64,000 nucleotides of DNA from the human T2T-CHM13v2.0 reference genome, Homo sapiens. The notes beneath the pieces were generated by a model. That model worked only from the letters and a program-made list of their open reading frames with translations. It did not search any database and was not told the DNA's origin. Below are positions 14,273 through 27,112 of the stretch, piece after piece (the first letter of the stretch is position 1; each line of letters opens with the position of its first letter). The position numbers were made by a program, and so were the translations under genes. The DNA lies in assembly GCF_009914755.1 (NCBI RefSeq), contig NC_060944.1; one strand, written 5' to 3'.

Positions 14273-15165
14273 TGCTTCCCTCCTTCCTTCCTTCCTTCCC
14301 TCCTTTCCTTCCTTCTTTCTTTTCTTCCTCCCTCCCTTCCTTCCCTTCCTTCCCTTCCTTCCCTCCTTTTCTTCCTTCTTTCCTTCCTTCCTTCCCTCCC
14401 TCCTTCCCTTCCTTCCTTCCTTCCCTTCCTTCCTTCTCTCCTTCCTTCCTTCCCTCCCTCCTTCCCTTCCTTCCTTCTCTCCTTCCTTCCCTTCCTTCCT
14501 TCTCTCCTTCCTTCCCTTCCTTCCTTCTCTCCTTCCTTCCCTTCCTTCCTTCTCTCCTTCCTTCCCTTCCTTCCTTCTCTCCTTCCTTCCCTTGCTTCCT
14601 TTCTTCCTTCCTTTGCTTCCTTGCTTCCTTCTTTCCTTTCTTCATCCCTCCCTCCCTCCTTCCTTCCTTTCCTTCCTTCCCTCTATCCTTCCTTCCTTCC
14701 TTTCTTTCTCCCTCCCTTCCTTCCCTTCCTTCCTTCCCTCTTTTCCTTCCATCTTTCCTTTCTTCCTCCCTCCCTCCCTCCTTCCCTCCTTCATTCCTTC
14801 CTTCCCTCCTTTCCTTCCTTCACCTCCTTCCCTTCTCTCCTCCCTTCATCCCTTCCTTCCTTTCTTCCTTCCCTCCCTCTTCCTTCCTTTCTTCACCCCT
14901 CCCCCTTCCCTCATCCCTTCCCTCCTTCCCTTCCTTCCTTCCTTCCCTCCTTCCTTCCCTTCCTTCCTTCCTTGCTTCCTTCCTTCTTTCCTTTCTTCAT
15001 CCCTCCTTCCCTCCCTCCCTCCTTCCTGCCTTCCTTCTTTCTTTCTTTTCTTTCTTCCTCCCTCCCTCCTTCCTTCCCTCCTTCCTGCCTTCCTTCCTTC
15101 CTTTCTTTTTCCTCCCTCCCTCCTTCCTTCTTTACTCCCTTCCTTCCTTCCTTCCTCCCCTCACT
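14273..15165. repeat. ~0.9 kb (CCTT)n/CT-rich polypyrimidine array
   Basis: Almost pure C/T on the + strand, with degenerate CCTT, CCCT and CTTT units. Confidence 0.97.
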
Positions 15166-16811
15166 CAATTTGTTCATCAAAAAATCTAGTTCCTTGCCAT
15201 GCCACAGCCTGAGTATTTAAAAATAACTTTTCCTCATTTTAGAAGTAATGATCATTTTTTAAAAATTAGAAGCTGCAGATAGTCAAATAACTGTAAGGAT
15301 AAACAATAAAAATGACCCAGTCTCCCAACCACAGAAAGTGACCGTTAACATTTTGTGAAAATGTTGATACAAAACAAATGAAATGATACTGTGCATTTTT
15401 GTAAACTACTTCTAAAGCATAAAATGTACTGTGAATATATCTCCCTGTTATGAAATATATTTTAACACTAATTTTTTTGAATACATTGTCCCCCATTGTC
15501 GGTGGGCCATTGTTTTTTGGATAACATCTTAATAAGTTTGGATTTTTTAAGCACTTTGTTATGGTGGTAGATTTCCCGTCTATCCATCCATTTCTATAAA
15601 CAAAGGACCATTTCCTCTCCCTTGAAGCACCATCCCCCAACCCCACTTGCTCCTCCCTCACCCCCAAATGCCCAATCTCTCACACACGCACCTGGGGGTG
15701 GCCCAGGACTCACCTGTCATGCCTCCTGTATATCTCACCTTGTAACTTTACAGTTGGCTGAGTCCCCCCAGAGGGCTTTGCCATGTGATACCCCAACACC
15801 CACCAGTTGCCTGTATTGATGTAAAAGTTAAACCGTGTGTCCTTTTGTTTAGACAAAATCCCCAGGTGATGTCCAGGACTAAGTAAATGTTTGGGATCCA
15901 GGCAGTTCAAATTGCCTTGGATTTCTAAATGCCACATTCAAGCTCAGAAGAGAAGCTTAAATCTATATGCACTCAAAGAACATTTATTGAGCGTTGCTGT
16001 GTACTAAGGTCAGAGTCTAAGGCCAAAGTGAAGGTTCAGTCACCCCCCACAAAACTCATGTTTGTCTACAGAAGCTTCCCACTGCCTGAGCCAGTGGGGA
16101 GCCATCCACGGCTGAAATAGAAGAAGTCACTGTGGCATGGAATTGGAGCAGCATCTACCCTTGTCACTTGGGCTGATGTGGCAATTGGAGGTGGTTTCTA
16201 CAGGGCAGAAAGTCACAAATCCACACTTTTAACAATTTGTAAACCAGAAAACCACCTGCAGAATGTGTATGTGCATCTCCCATAGCCTTGAACCTTCTTC
16301 CTGGGAACAGACCTTTTCAAATGACTGACCTTGCCCAATCCCCGCCATCAGGCCTGGCCTTTTACTTCTTTCTTTTGTTCAAGTAATCTTGAAAATAACT
16401 GAAATTATTTCTGATCAGTTTTGACTAGGAGGTTTTTCTCAAAACGATGCTGTGAAAGCAAAGAAATTTAACAGTGTTAAAACACCTCAGAGGAGAGAAT
16501 AAACCCAGTTCCACTTATTAGCTGGGTGTGCAGTATTAATAAAGGGTTGGTTGTAACCTAGCAACTAGTTTAGAAACACAGAACAAGGCAATCACAGTTT
16601 TAAATATCCTTGTAGTCCCTGAGTCCAAGTATGTGGTTTCTGACACACTGTCACCTTCTGCCGAGTTTAGTCAATATCTATTACTGTTATTTGCAAAGAG
16701 GGATAAGATATAACCTGTCTGTTATATTTGAAAAATAAATTGCTATGATAAAGTTCCCAAAATCCAGGAATGTTTCTAATGTTGTTTTTCTTGTCCACAT
16801 CCCTCCTCCAG

Positions 16812-17017
16812 GGTTTAGAACTAGTAACCGGCAGTGCGAAAAATGGGACTTACTTCCGAATTCATATTAACAAGTATAAAATGGTGGAAACCATCACGTG
16901 CCTTTCTAGGGAGCCCTTCCCCGCCTCCAACTACATCCGCTTGTTTGGCCAGCACGAGCAACTCCTCAACAACCTGTGTGCTCGGTACGATGAAAACCTG
17001 ATCACAGATCTCTATAG
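16812..17017 (+). CDS. CFAP61: CFAP61 coding exon (206 nt, phase 0 to 2): GLELVTGSAKNGTYFRIHINKYKMVETITCLSREPFPASNYIRLFGQHEQLLNNLCARYDENLITDLY
   Basis: Acceptor CCCTCCTCCAG ends at 16811, donor TAG|GTGAGT at 17018; lies within ORF 16770..17021; phase matches both neighbouring exons. Confidence 0.93.
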
Positions 17018-18003
17018 GTGAGTTGGACATTGCATTTGACTACAGGGAAATACAAATATATATATAATGTCTGTGAATGAGGGACATGTGTTGTGATGCA
17101 CCCGAGAGCAAAACGGGAATCCCAGAGAGAGGCTGTGTGGCAGAGATTTCGTTCTAATGAAGAACACCTGACGCTAATGTGGGCTGGGGAGCAGAGAGTC
17201 ACAGGATGTGTCCACACCTGGCCCCCATGGCCACACCAGGGCCTGGACCCCAGGTGCAACCAAGCCTACCATGGACGGGCTTGGAGGAGATGATATTCAA
17301 GTCCCTTTCCACACGGGGCTGCTAAGAGCAGTGGTCAGAAATGTAGGAGGTCAATTTGGGAACAGCATGAGGAAGGGTCTGATCCTGATGGGACTCCGCG
17401 ATCATGGGACGGGGTGTTTGTGACCCCAGCCTTCCTCCTCATGGCATGTGTTCAGGCAGGCCCAGGGTGGTCATTTGTCCAGCGTTTTGGTAAGGGAATT
17501 CCCACACTGACAGGTCGGTTAGACTTGAAACCTTTGTCTTTTCAAACTCTTAAGACACACTTCATCCTATCCATTAGGAAGGCATAGAATTTCCAAGTGG
17601 AAAGTTACTTCTGAATGTAGCTTGCTGCTTAGCAAAGTTAGGAGACTTTCCCTATTCACAAAGCAAGGTGATGCAGACCCAGCACCAGAGACAGATGTGG
17701 AATGAAAACCATGCAGTTCCAGTGTTCTCGACACCCACAGAAGCAACTGCCAGGATTGCCATCAATCTCTCTTGCCTCTTAAAAATTTTTTAAATTGTAG
17801 AATGCATCATACAAACAAAAAAGTATGTGAAATATGTATGGACACTTAAAAGTACTGGAAATCTATGGGCCCACTGCCTATGTTAAGAAATAATTCCTTA
17901 ACTTAGCAGTCAGGAAGTCCCTCTCTGATCACAGCCCTCCCTCATCTTCGTGGAGGTAGCCACTGTCCTGAAGTTTGAGTTTGTCATTCTGTTGCCTATA
18001 AAG

Positions 18004-18196
18004 CAAGGATCAGTGAACTTCTTCTATAAGGGGCAGATATAGCCTCAGTTGCAAGTACTCATCCCAGCCCTTGCAGTGAGAAAGAAGCCGTAGATGATGT
18101 GTAAACAAAAAGACACAGCTATATCCCAAGAAAGCCTCATTCACCAAAATGGGCATTGGGCTGGATTTGCCCCCAGTCATAGTTTGTCAGTCCTTG
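18004..18196 (+). mobile_element. MER58A (hAT-Charlie)
   Basis: CAAGGATCAGTGAACTT...GGGCTGGATTTGCCC...TAGTTTGTCAGTCCTTG with inverted termini CAAGGA/TCCTTG. Confidence 0.7.
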
Positions 18197-18597
18197 TTTT
18201 AAAGATGTGTACTTAGACACATGTGATTTCCTAAATAATATATTAATTTGCCTTGCCTACTTCTGACTCAGGTTTATGGCTTACCAAAGAAAGCGAGCAT
18301 TCTGTTTAGCACGGTGTTTGTGAGAACCATCCAGGATGATGTCTGTAGCTGTGGTTCGTTTGTTCTCCCTGCTGTGTGGTATTCCATCATATAATGGTCA
18401 TGATTCAGTCATGGCTTTTCCTGTTGACTGTATTTACACTGGTTCCAGTTCAGGGCCATTACAATCGGACGTTGTGAACACTGTGGACGTACTTCATGTG
18501 CAGAATCTCTCTAAGATATCCTAGCCCTAGAACCGCTGGGTCACGGAACATGCACGTCTTCAACTTTACTAGTTGATGCCCAAATGTTTCCCAAGTA

Positions 18598-20095
18598 TGG
18601 TCACGTGCCACATAAACACGTTCCAGTCAACAATGGGTCACACATATAATCGGAGTCCCATAAGATATTAATGAAGCTGAAAAATTTCCATCTCCAAGGG
18701 CCACATTCCTGTCACCTAGCACAACACATGACTCACGTGTTTGTGGTGATGCTGGGTCAACAAACCTACTGTGCTGCCCAGTTGGTATAAAAGCATAGCA
18801 CACAGTTATGTCCAGTGCAGAACACTTGCTGATGATAATAAATGACCATGTTACTGTCTTATGTATTTACTATACTATACATTTTATCATTATTTTCGAG
18901 TGTATGCCTTCTACTTATGAAAAAAAAGTTAACTCTAAAACAGTCTCAGATAGGTCCTTTGGGGGTATTCAGAAGGCATTATTATCACAGGAGATGGCAG
19001 CTCCACGTGTGTTATTGCCTCTGAAGCCCTTCCAGTGGGACAAGATGCAGAGGTGGAAGACAGTGATATTGATGATCCTGACCCTGCAGGCCTAGGCTAA
19101 TGTGTGTGTTTGTGCCTCGGTTTGTAACAGAAAGTTTAAACAGTAAAAAGTAAAATAAAATAATTTGTAAATAAGGACATAGATGAATATTTGTGTATAG
19201 CTATACAATGTGCTTATGGGGTTCTTTTGTTTTTTTTGTTTTTTTTTTTTTTTGAGATGGAGTCTCACTCTGTTGCCCAGGCTGGAGTATAGTGGCATGA
19301 GCTCGGCTCACTGAAGCCTCTGCCTCCCTGGGTTCAAGCAATTCTCCTACCTTAGCCTCCCAAGTAGGTGGGATTACAGGCACGTGCTACCACACCCAGC
19401 TTATTTTTGCATTTTTAGTAGAGACGGGGTTTCACCATGTTGGCCAGGCTGGTCTCGAATTACCAACCTCAGGTGATCCACCCGCCTCCGCCTCCCAAAA
19501 TGCTGGGATTACAGGCATGAGCCACCGTGCCTGGCCTTGTGCTTGTGTTTTAAGCTAAATGTTATTATTACAAAAGAGTCAAAAAGTTGAAACAAAATAA
19601 GATTATAAAGTAAAAAGAGTAAGCACAGGTTAACTTATTATTAAAGAATAATAAAGATTGAGAAACATGTTTTTATAAATTTAGTGTAGACTAAGTATAC
19701 TGTTTATAATATCTTCGGTATTGTATGATAATGTCCGAGGCCTTCGCACCCACTCACCACTAGCTCACTAACTGCCCTAGAGCAACTTCCAGTCCTGTAA
19801 GCTCCATTCACGGTAAGTACCCTATACAGGTATACCCTTTTTAAATCTTTTATGCCATATTTTTACTGTACCTTTTCTATGTTTAGATACACCAACACTT
19901 AGTATGGAGTTACAATTGCCTACAGTATTCAGTATAGAAACCTGTACAAGTTTGTAACCTAGGAGCAACAGGGGCATATAGGCCAGGTGTGTAGTAGTAG
20001 ACTAGACTATCTAGGTTTGTGTAAGTGCACTCTAGGATGGTTGCCAACAACGTGTTTCTCAGGACCTATTCCCATCGTTAAGTGACACATGACTG
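18598..20095 (+). mobile_element. Tigger3-family (TcMar) DNA transposon, interrupted by an Alu
   Basis: Start TA|TGGTCACGTGCCACATAA...GTCCCATAAGA and end CCCATCGTTAAGTGACACATGACTG match Tigger3/MER7 termini. Confidence 0.8.
19225..19536 (-). mobile_element. Alu (AluS-type) inside Tigger3
   Basis: Poly(T), then GAGATGGAGTCTCACTC...GCCACCGTGCCTGGCC. Confidence 0.93.
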
Positions 20096-21010
20096 TCGTT
20101 ATTTATTTAAATTTCCCCCAGCAGTGAATGAGAGAGCTCCTCTTGCTCCACAGACCTGCCAAGCCTTGGTACTGTTAGACTTTTAAATTTGGCCAGTCTA
20201 GTGGCATACAAAGGTATCCTCCTAGGGCTTTAATGTGCTTTTCCCCACTTAATGATGCCTTTTCATTTGTTCATGGGCCATTTGTGGCAGTTTCTGTGAA
20301 ATGCCAATTCATGATATTTGTCCACGGAGCAGGGCTGTCTTCTCATTACTAATTCACAGAAGTTATTTATAAACAAACTGGACACAAACTTGTGTTGGTT
20401 ATATATTTTTAACCAACTTTGAGGCTTATCTTTTTACTTTCTTTATGATGTCAACAATATTCTTAATTTAATAGAATGTTTGTCTTCTTCAAGAGGGTCT
20501 TGGGTATTTTTGTCCTTTCATTCTTCTAATAGTTTTATAATCAACTTGTCAAGATCCATGAAAACCCCATTGGATTTGATAGGAAATGCATTAAATCTTA
20601 GATCAATTAGGCAAGAATTGACATATTTGATATTGAGTCCAATATCATAACATAGTATAGCTCTCAATTTAGGTATTCTTTAATGTCTTTCAATAAAGGT
20701 TTATCATTTTATCCATGAATGGCTTGCACAACTTTTGTTTGATATGATCCAAGATGCTTTATATTATTTTTTCTGTTTTAAATGTCATTTTTTATGAATT
20801 GATGCTTGTGTATACAGATGAACTAATTTTAGTATGGTTCTGTATTCTGAAAGTTTTGAATAATTTACCTGTAGATTTTTAGATTTTCCGAGTAGAAAAA
20901 TTATATCATCTGCAAATAGTGACAGCTTTGTTTCTTCTTTTCCAACTTTTATACTGTTTATTTCCTTTTCTTGCCTTACTGCACTGGCTAAGATTTGTAA
21001 TAAAAAGATT

Positions 21011-21308
21011 GGCTGGGTGAGGTGGCTCACCCATGTAATCCCAGCACTTTGGGAGGCCGAGGCGGGCAGATCACCTAAAATTGGGAGTTCAGGACCAGCC
21101 TGGCCAACATGGGGAAAACGCATCTCTACTAAAAATACGAAAATTAACTGGGTGTGGTGGCTCACACTTGTAATCCTGGCTATTTGAAAGGCTGAGGCAC
21201 GAGAATCACTTGAACCTGAGAGGCGGAGGTTGCAGTGAGCTGAGATGGCTCCACTGCACTCCAGCCTGGGCGACAGAGTGAGACTGTGTCTCAAAAATAA
21301 AAATAAAA
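21011..21308 (+). mobile_element. Alu (AluS-type) inside L1
   Basis: GGCTGGGTGAGGTGGCTC...GAGACTGTGTCTC followed by an A-rich tail. Confidence 0.92.
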
Positions 21309-22901
21309 AGTTAAGTAGGGGTAGTGAGGGGTAGTGCCCTTGCCCCATTCTTAATTTGAAAGGGAAAGTGTTCAAAATTAAGTGTGTAATAGTTGCCATA
21401 TGTATATTTTTATAGATGTCCTTTATCAGATTAAGAAAGTTCCTTTTGATTACTGGTTTTCTAAGCATTCTTACCATGAATGGATTTTTATTTTTATTTT
21501 TCGGAAAGAGTACTTAGTCCCTGAAACCTTTTATGTGTAAGGATGTCTTCCTAATGCTTTCAAATATAAACTACGTTTTGGTAAGTGTCAAAATTTAAAA
21601 TCATGAGCTTTCCCTCCTCAAATCTTTGTAGGCTTGGCTCCAATACTTATTTTAAATAATGAAAACTGCAAGTATTTAAAAAATGAATTCATTTGCTCCT
21701 TCACTTATATATAGGATTTTCTTGGTCAACCTTACCCAAAATATTTGAGTTAAGGGAGAATTAGCTGTTTGTTACAGAAAGATTTTGGTTGGTGGGGAAT
21801 GATATGCTAAGACTTTCCGGAAAAAAAATGTTTTCACATTTGACCATATTCAGGGCCCTACCTGGTTTGTTTCTCCCTAAATAGAAGGTGATTCTGAAAC
21901 AGACTCGGTGAGTTTGAGACTACTACAGGGAGTGCCGCTGTTAACTGATGAGAGTAATAATTTCAAAAGTTAATTTGATTTGTGATGAGTGTTTGGGATG
22001 GCAAGACGGGGTGACACTGGCTATCAGGAGGTGCCGATGGACATCTGTCAGAAAGGAGCAGGGACAGGAAGATGGCCGCCAGTCATTTCTAAGTGAGGTC
22101 CTGAGAGCACCGCTGTGCCTTGTCAGTTACTCCAGGCGTGTGTTAGTGGGTACATGCAGCTGCGACCACATTCTTTTCAAGTGCCACGAAATGCTGCCAG
22201 GTCCTAGTGCTAATTTTTGCGCCAGCACTCCTGCCCTGTCTGTTGTCAGACTGGCTGGCGAGGCTCTTTCCAAGCAGGGTGAATGGTTGAGCTGATTTTG
22301 GCCGCGATATGATTACCGATTGATTTCCTGACCTTGGCAGCATCAGCAACGTCCCTCGTTCAGACCAGGCACGTTTCATTTGCGCACTTCCATCCACCAC
22401 GTCTGGGGCACCTACCTCAGTGCCCGCTGCTGCCGGGAGGGCTGACAGTTAACCAGCTGCATTGTTGTTCTGCAAGTCAGGCATGACTTCAGTATCAGTT
22501 CCTCTCCGCATTCAGAGAAATCCTTTGGATCCTTCCTCTCCACTTCCCCCTATCTATTCTCACTCCATCGAGGGCCAAAACAGCGCAGGCACTAGCTGTG
22601 CCAATGGGAACGGTGGCAGCCCTGCGGGTCAGATGTTGCTGTGGTAGCCGAGGCCTCCCAGGCAGACCCTGGCTGCCTGCAAGGGGCTCACTTGGAACCA
22701 TATGGGGACACGAGGTGGCGGCCGAGCTGTCAGCCGCCATGATGCACAGGCAGACAGCTGTCACGGGACCACAGTAAGCGAAGTGTCTGCGGCCCAGGCT
22801 GGCTTGGATTCCACCTATATTTTATTCTCTGTTTTTACCTCTGAGTACCAGTACAAACCATTGGCACTGAAGAGAGAGACAGAACTAATCCACCATCGGT
22901 G

Positions 22902-22903
<2 letters not shown>

Positions 22904-22962
<59 letters not shown>
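22904..22962. repeat. Compound microsatellite (TG)17(AG)12
   Basis: Read directly from the sequence. Confidence 0.97.
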
Positions 22963-25859
22963 ATTTGATCAATGGATTGATTTACTACTTTGGAAAAAGA
23001 ATAGAGCCAATTTTATATCGTTTGTTGCTTTCTGAACCAACCAGCATTTAAAGTCACACAAATATGTTACTAAAAATCTTCCTTTCCCCAATCTTCCCCT
23101 TAAAAGCATTTGTGCCCCCACAGGCCTCGCTCATGCACACCTCACTCACACGTGTGCACACACTCATGCACACTCACACGGCACTCACAATGTACACTCA
23201 CTCACACGCCCAGTCACACGCTCACACACACCTGCACCCGCCTCTCCAAAACCTCACAGTGCCCCCGCCTGCCAACTCCCTTGGCAGTATTTAGAATGGC
23301 AGCACCTTCTGCCCTGCTGAAAATGCTCCTCCCTTCAGGACACCGGGCGCGAAAGGACCTTCAGTGAGGGTGTGGAGAAGTGGGGAAATGGGAGCTGTGG
23401 GTGGAGAGGAGAGGGGAGGCTGAGGCGGCTTCTTGAGATGCCGCCTGTCAGGTACCCGAACACCCCTGTCCCGTGTCTTCTCGGCTTTCCTGACTCCACT
23501 CCATCGTCTTTCACCCCCACTTATCGATGACCCTGCAAAAGAGAGGTCTCGCCTACAGAATCTCTCCCTTCTTCACCTTAATTAGCAGTCTGTGCATCCT
23601 TTATCCTCGTGGTGTAAATAGGTCTTGCCCTAGCTTCTTTGTATGAGCCCATCAGATACTCATAAACCTTGATTAAACCTCTTTTCACATCTTAACATGC
23701 TCAGCTCTCAAAGACTGCCCTCAGACAGCCCGGCCCTCGCGCCCGCGCCACCACCGCCTCCACACTTCCCCGCACACGCCGGTGGCCTACATTTACTGGC
23801 TGAGTGTTGCTGTGCACAGTGTTCTAAATGGGATTTGAGCAGCCCTTTACAAGGCTGCCATTACCATTTTGAACTGTGAGGCTCCAGAAGTTCTTCCCTC
23901 AGGAAAGCCACCTTGTGTTATCTGTCTTTGGAACTGCAAAGCAGGATGCTGCCAGCCCACGTGGCCCCCTAATTTATTGATTTGACTCCCGTTGGAATAA
24001 TTTAATCATGACTTTAAAATGTTTTTCTGCGCCTCTGTAGTCAGCAGCCTTTTGCTGTGTTCAGTGGTAAATTGCATACTACATTCCAGGTGCCTGTTTT
24101 TCCGGATTTATCAAAATCTTCTTGAATGATGACTGCCCACTCCAGCTTCTCAATTTTTTGGTCCATACCTAAAAGGTGGTGGATGGTAATTCTCCCAATA
24201 TCCGCCTCATCCCTCACACGCTTCCCTGCGGCCGTGTGCCAGGCCACTGACCTGCTCTCTGTAGACTCTGTAAGGGTTCCTGCTCCTCTGTTTCACTTCA
24301 GATCGTGCCAGTCCTGTGCGACCAGCCTCGCAAAGAATCCTTTCCCAAATGATTTGCTAAAAATCAAAATCCATTCTCTTCCTTTTGCTTCCCACTCATT
24401 CAATTACAGGCTATTTATCTGCCCTCATAAAAGGCAATCGAGGTCAGTTTGCTCACGTACTCTGGGGATTCCTCATTGACCATGCCTTGGCCTTCTTACT
24501 CCAACAGGCAGATCCTTACCTAGAGATGTTTCTGCTACTATTCCAGAGGCCACGAGGCCAAACTCAAATTTTTGAACCTTACTTGTTCCCAAGATGGTCA
24601 ACTTTAGATCTGGAAGTGTAGACCAAGGAGGAGGCGAAAGTCCACTGGACACAATATGTGTCTGTTCTTATTGGCGATCCTATTCTGATGAAAACTAGGG
24701 GTCTTTTTTAGCATATGTCACCTCCCACCTCTTTCCACTATGGCATTTGTGTGGAAGTAACCTTTCCTGGGGTAAAAGGTGAGACCATGTTTGAACTGCC
24801 CTGAAATTACAGCCAGCACATGTCTGTTTTCAGATATTCATGCCAAAGATGATAGTGTGGAAGAAAAACAGACTCACCCATTTGCATAGTCCAAAATGAA
24901 TGTTCAGAGAAATGAACACATGGAGTTCTGCAAGAAGTATGAACTTTGAAACATTTACCTCATTTACCATGAAAATATCACTTGGCATATCATGTTAGTT
25001 AGGACTTACTAGAAAGGCTCGGATTGAGATTTTTTATGGTTTTGAGGTATCAGGAATGTATAAATTCTGATTTCAAGTGCCTCAGTCTCACTAGTGTTAG
25101 TAAGAATCTTTGCCTGAAGGATAGTGCCCGTCAATGAATGAAAGAAACATGAGTATCCCCCTCTAACAGGCAAGATTTTGTTTTATGTTTAAGGCTTTTA
25201 TTAATGAGAATGTAAGAAATGAGGGAGGAAATTGAGCCCCAGTTAACATCAATCTGAAGTTGGGGTGAGGGTGGGGGCCCATGTCTATTAACAGGTAACT
25301 CTCCACCAGGATTCCCCCCACCCACTGAGTCAACGTGCACTCCCACAGTCCTTACGTTGCCCTTTCCAGGCAGGCAGAGGAAGGCGCTGGCATTCTCCCT
25401 GGCTATACAAGAAAACTAGTGCTTTCATTATTTGAAAGGAAATGTGTATATTTAAATCACATATTAATACTAAGGGGAGACAATTTCAGCACAGGGATGG
25501 CCCTGCATCCCAGAAGACCGTGCTGAAATGTGAACCGTACATGAAACAAATCATATAGTGTGAGACACAATTTGCACACGTCTGTTGACTCATATCTGCA
25601 ATATTACGAATAAAAACTGAACTCTTCACCAAGCTTTACAAAAACAAAGAAATACCTTATGGTGAGCCCACCACTGCCACCTCTCAGTTATCCATAGCCC
25701 CCGCCCTTGTCTTCTTAGCTGCCACCCCGACCACCCTCTTTGTCCTGTGCCCCTGTGCACACTTGGTATATATCCTAAGAGAATTTAGTTTGAAACTCCT
25801 ACAGTCTGTAAAAGCAAATCATCACTTCCCTTTCCTTAACATGGAAAGGACACTAGACT

Positions 25860-26040
25860 AAGACCAACAGAGGGGTCAAATTCCTGCGTTCTTGCTTATC
25901 AGCTTTGTGAACTTGAAGAAGCCATTTAATCTCATTGAGCATCAGTTTCCTCACCCATAAAATGGAGATGTAATCCATGATAAATCTTCCCACATCATGG
26001 GATAGAAGTATATGTTGATGGACAGTAAAGTACAAGTGCA
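25860..26040 (+). mobile_element. MIR
   Basis: Core GCTTTGTGAACTTG...ATTTAATCTC...CAGTTTCCTCACCCATAAAATGG. Confidence 0.7.
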
Positions 26041-26702
26041 AAAAGTTTTTTAAAAGTATGTAAAGTACTATACAAGGGCAGAGCTTTGTAATGACTTTAG
26101 CTCGTGTGTTCCTGTTCGCTACACATCAATATTATCCTTTATGGAGAGACAGAAACACTTCCAGCCTTCTATACAGTATTCCCTCCCCCTCCCAAATTAA
26201 TACAAATTTAAGAAAATGCAGTGCTTCTTTTAATAATTTAAATGAGCAGATGTTTTAAAATTGCATTCGTGTATGTGCTTGCTATATCTTATTTTTAAAA
26301 TTGTATGGGATTACATATGATATTGAATATGCTTGTTTTCAGAGTCATGCTCTAAGAAAAAAATTTATTTAGAGAGAGGTCATTATCAATAATTAAATAA
26401 GTGAGAAATCTGGTGCTTTACTTAGAATAAATGTACTAAGATGAGAGTCGATAATGTACCTCCCAGGGCACTTTATAGAAAAGGGGTGGATCAGATGCTT
26501 CCATATAAGTTTCACTTAAAAATGATTTCATTTCCAACCACTGGGCACCCAAAGCAGCCAAATACATTCTTAATATCATTTAAAATGTAAAATTATGAGC
26601 TGTTTGAGTTGTAAAGTGTGTCTAGAATCTAATGTCATATAGTTTTAAAAGTTGCTTTGGAACATTGTTTCATGCATTGTCGATAATCACTAATACTCTA
26701 GA

Positions 26703-26817
26703 CCTGCACTGTCCACTATGAGAGTCAACTGCCCCACGTGACAAGTGGCGACCATATCAGACAGCGGAGAATAGAGCATTTCCATTGTTGTGGAAAGCTG
26801 TGTTGGACAGTGCTGCT
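26703..26817 (-). mobile_element. MER3-like hAT relic (internally deleted)
   Basis: Inverted termini GCACTGTCCA / TGGACAGTGC; internal GCATTTCCATTGTTGTGGAAAG. Confidence 0.55.
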
Positions 26818-27064
26818 GTAGGCCAGTTGCATCCATGGAATTTGGAGTGGGCGTGTTGGATGTAGCATCTATGAACAGTCGTTCCCTAAAATGCTAATTG
26901 CCAGCCCCATTTGGATCCGACATTCTGACCTGCCGATGTAGCTATCAGATGCGTGCTCAGTGAAGGCCCAGTGGAGACAGAGGAAGTGATTTCTCTCTGT
27001 GCCTGTTTTGGTGGGGTCAATTAGAAAACATTCTCTCCAGATCATGTGCCAAAGGTGTACAGAT

Positions 27065-27112
27065 GGGGAAGGGGGCTGGTGTGGGGGAAGGGGGCTGGTG
27101 TGGGGGAAGGGG
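27065..27112 (+). repeat. 19-bp G-rich tandem repeat (x2.5), G-quadruplex motif
   Basis: Unit GGGGAAGGGGGCTGGTGTG; six runs of at least 4 G. Confidence 0.9.

Larger units (their letters stand above)
17780..21480 (-). mobile_element. Old L1 (L1M-type) antisense fragments hosting MER58A, Tigger3 and Alus
   Basis: ORF 20785..21477(-) contains L1 ORF2 RT-like peptides ([31 protein letters not shown]) on either side of an Alu; boundaries approximate. Confidence 0.65.

Noticed and set aside
14064-15220. Long PSFL/EGRK ORFs on both strands
   Set aside because: Translations of the CCTT array; no coding evidence.
17679-17697. REST/RE1-like motif CCAGCACCAGAGACAG (and TTCAGCACAGGGATGG near 25484)
   Set aside because: Mismatch in the critical GGACAG half-site, or wrong spacing.
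20785-21477. 230-aa ORF with RT-like peptide
   Set aside because: Decayed L1 ORF2 read through an inserted Alu.
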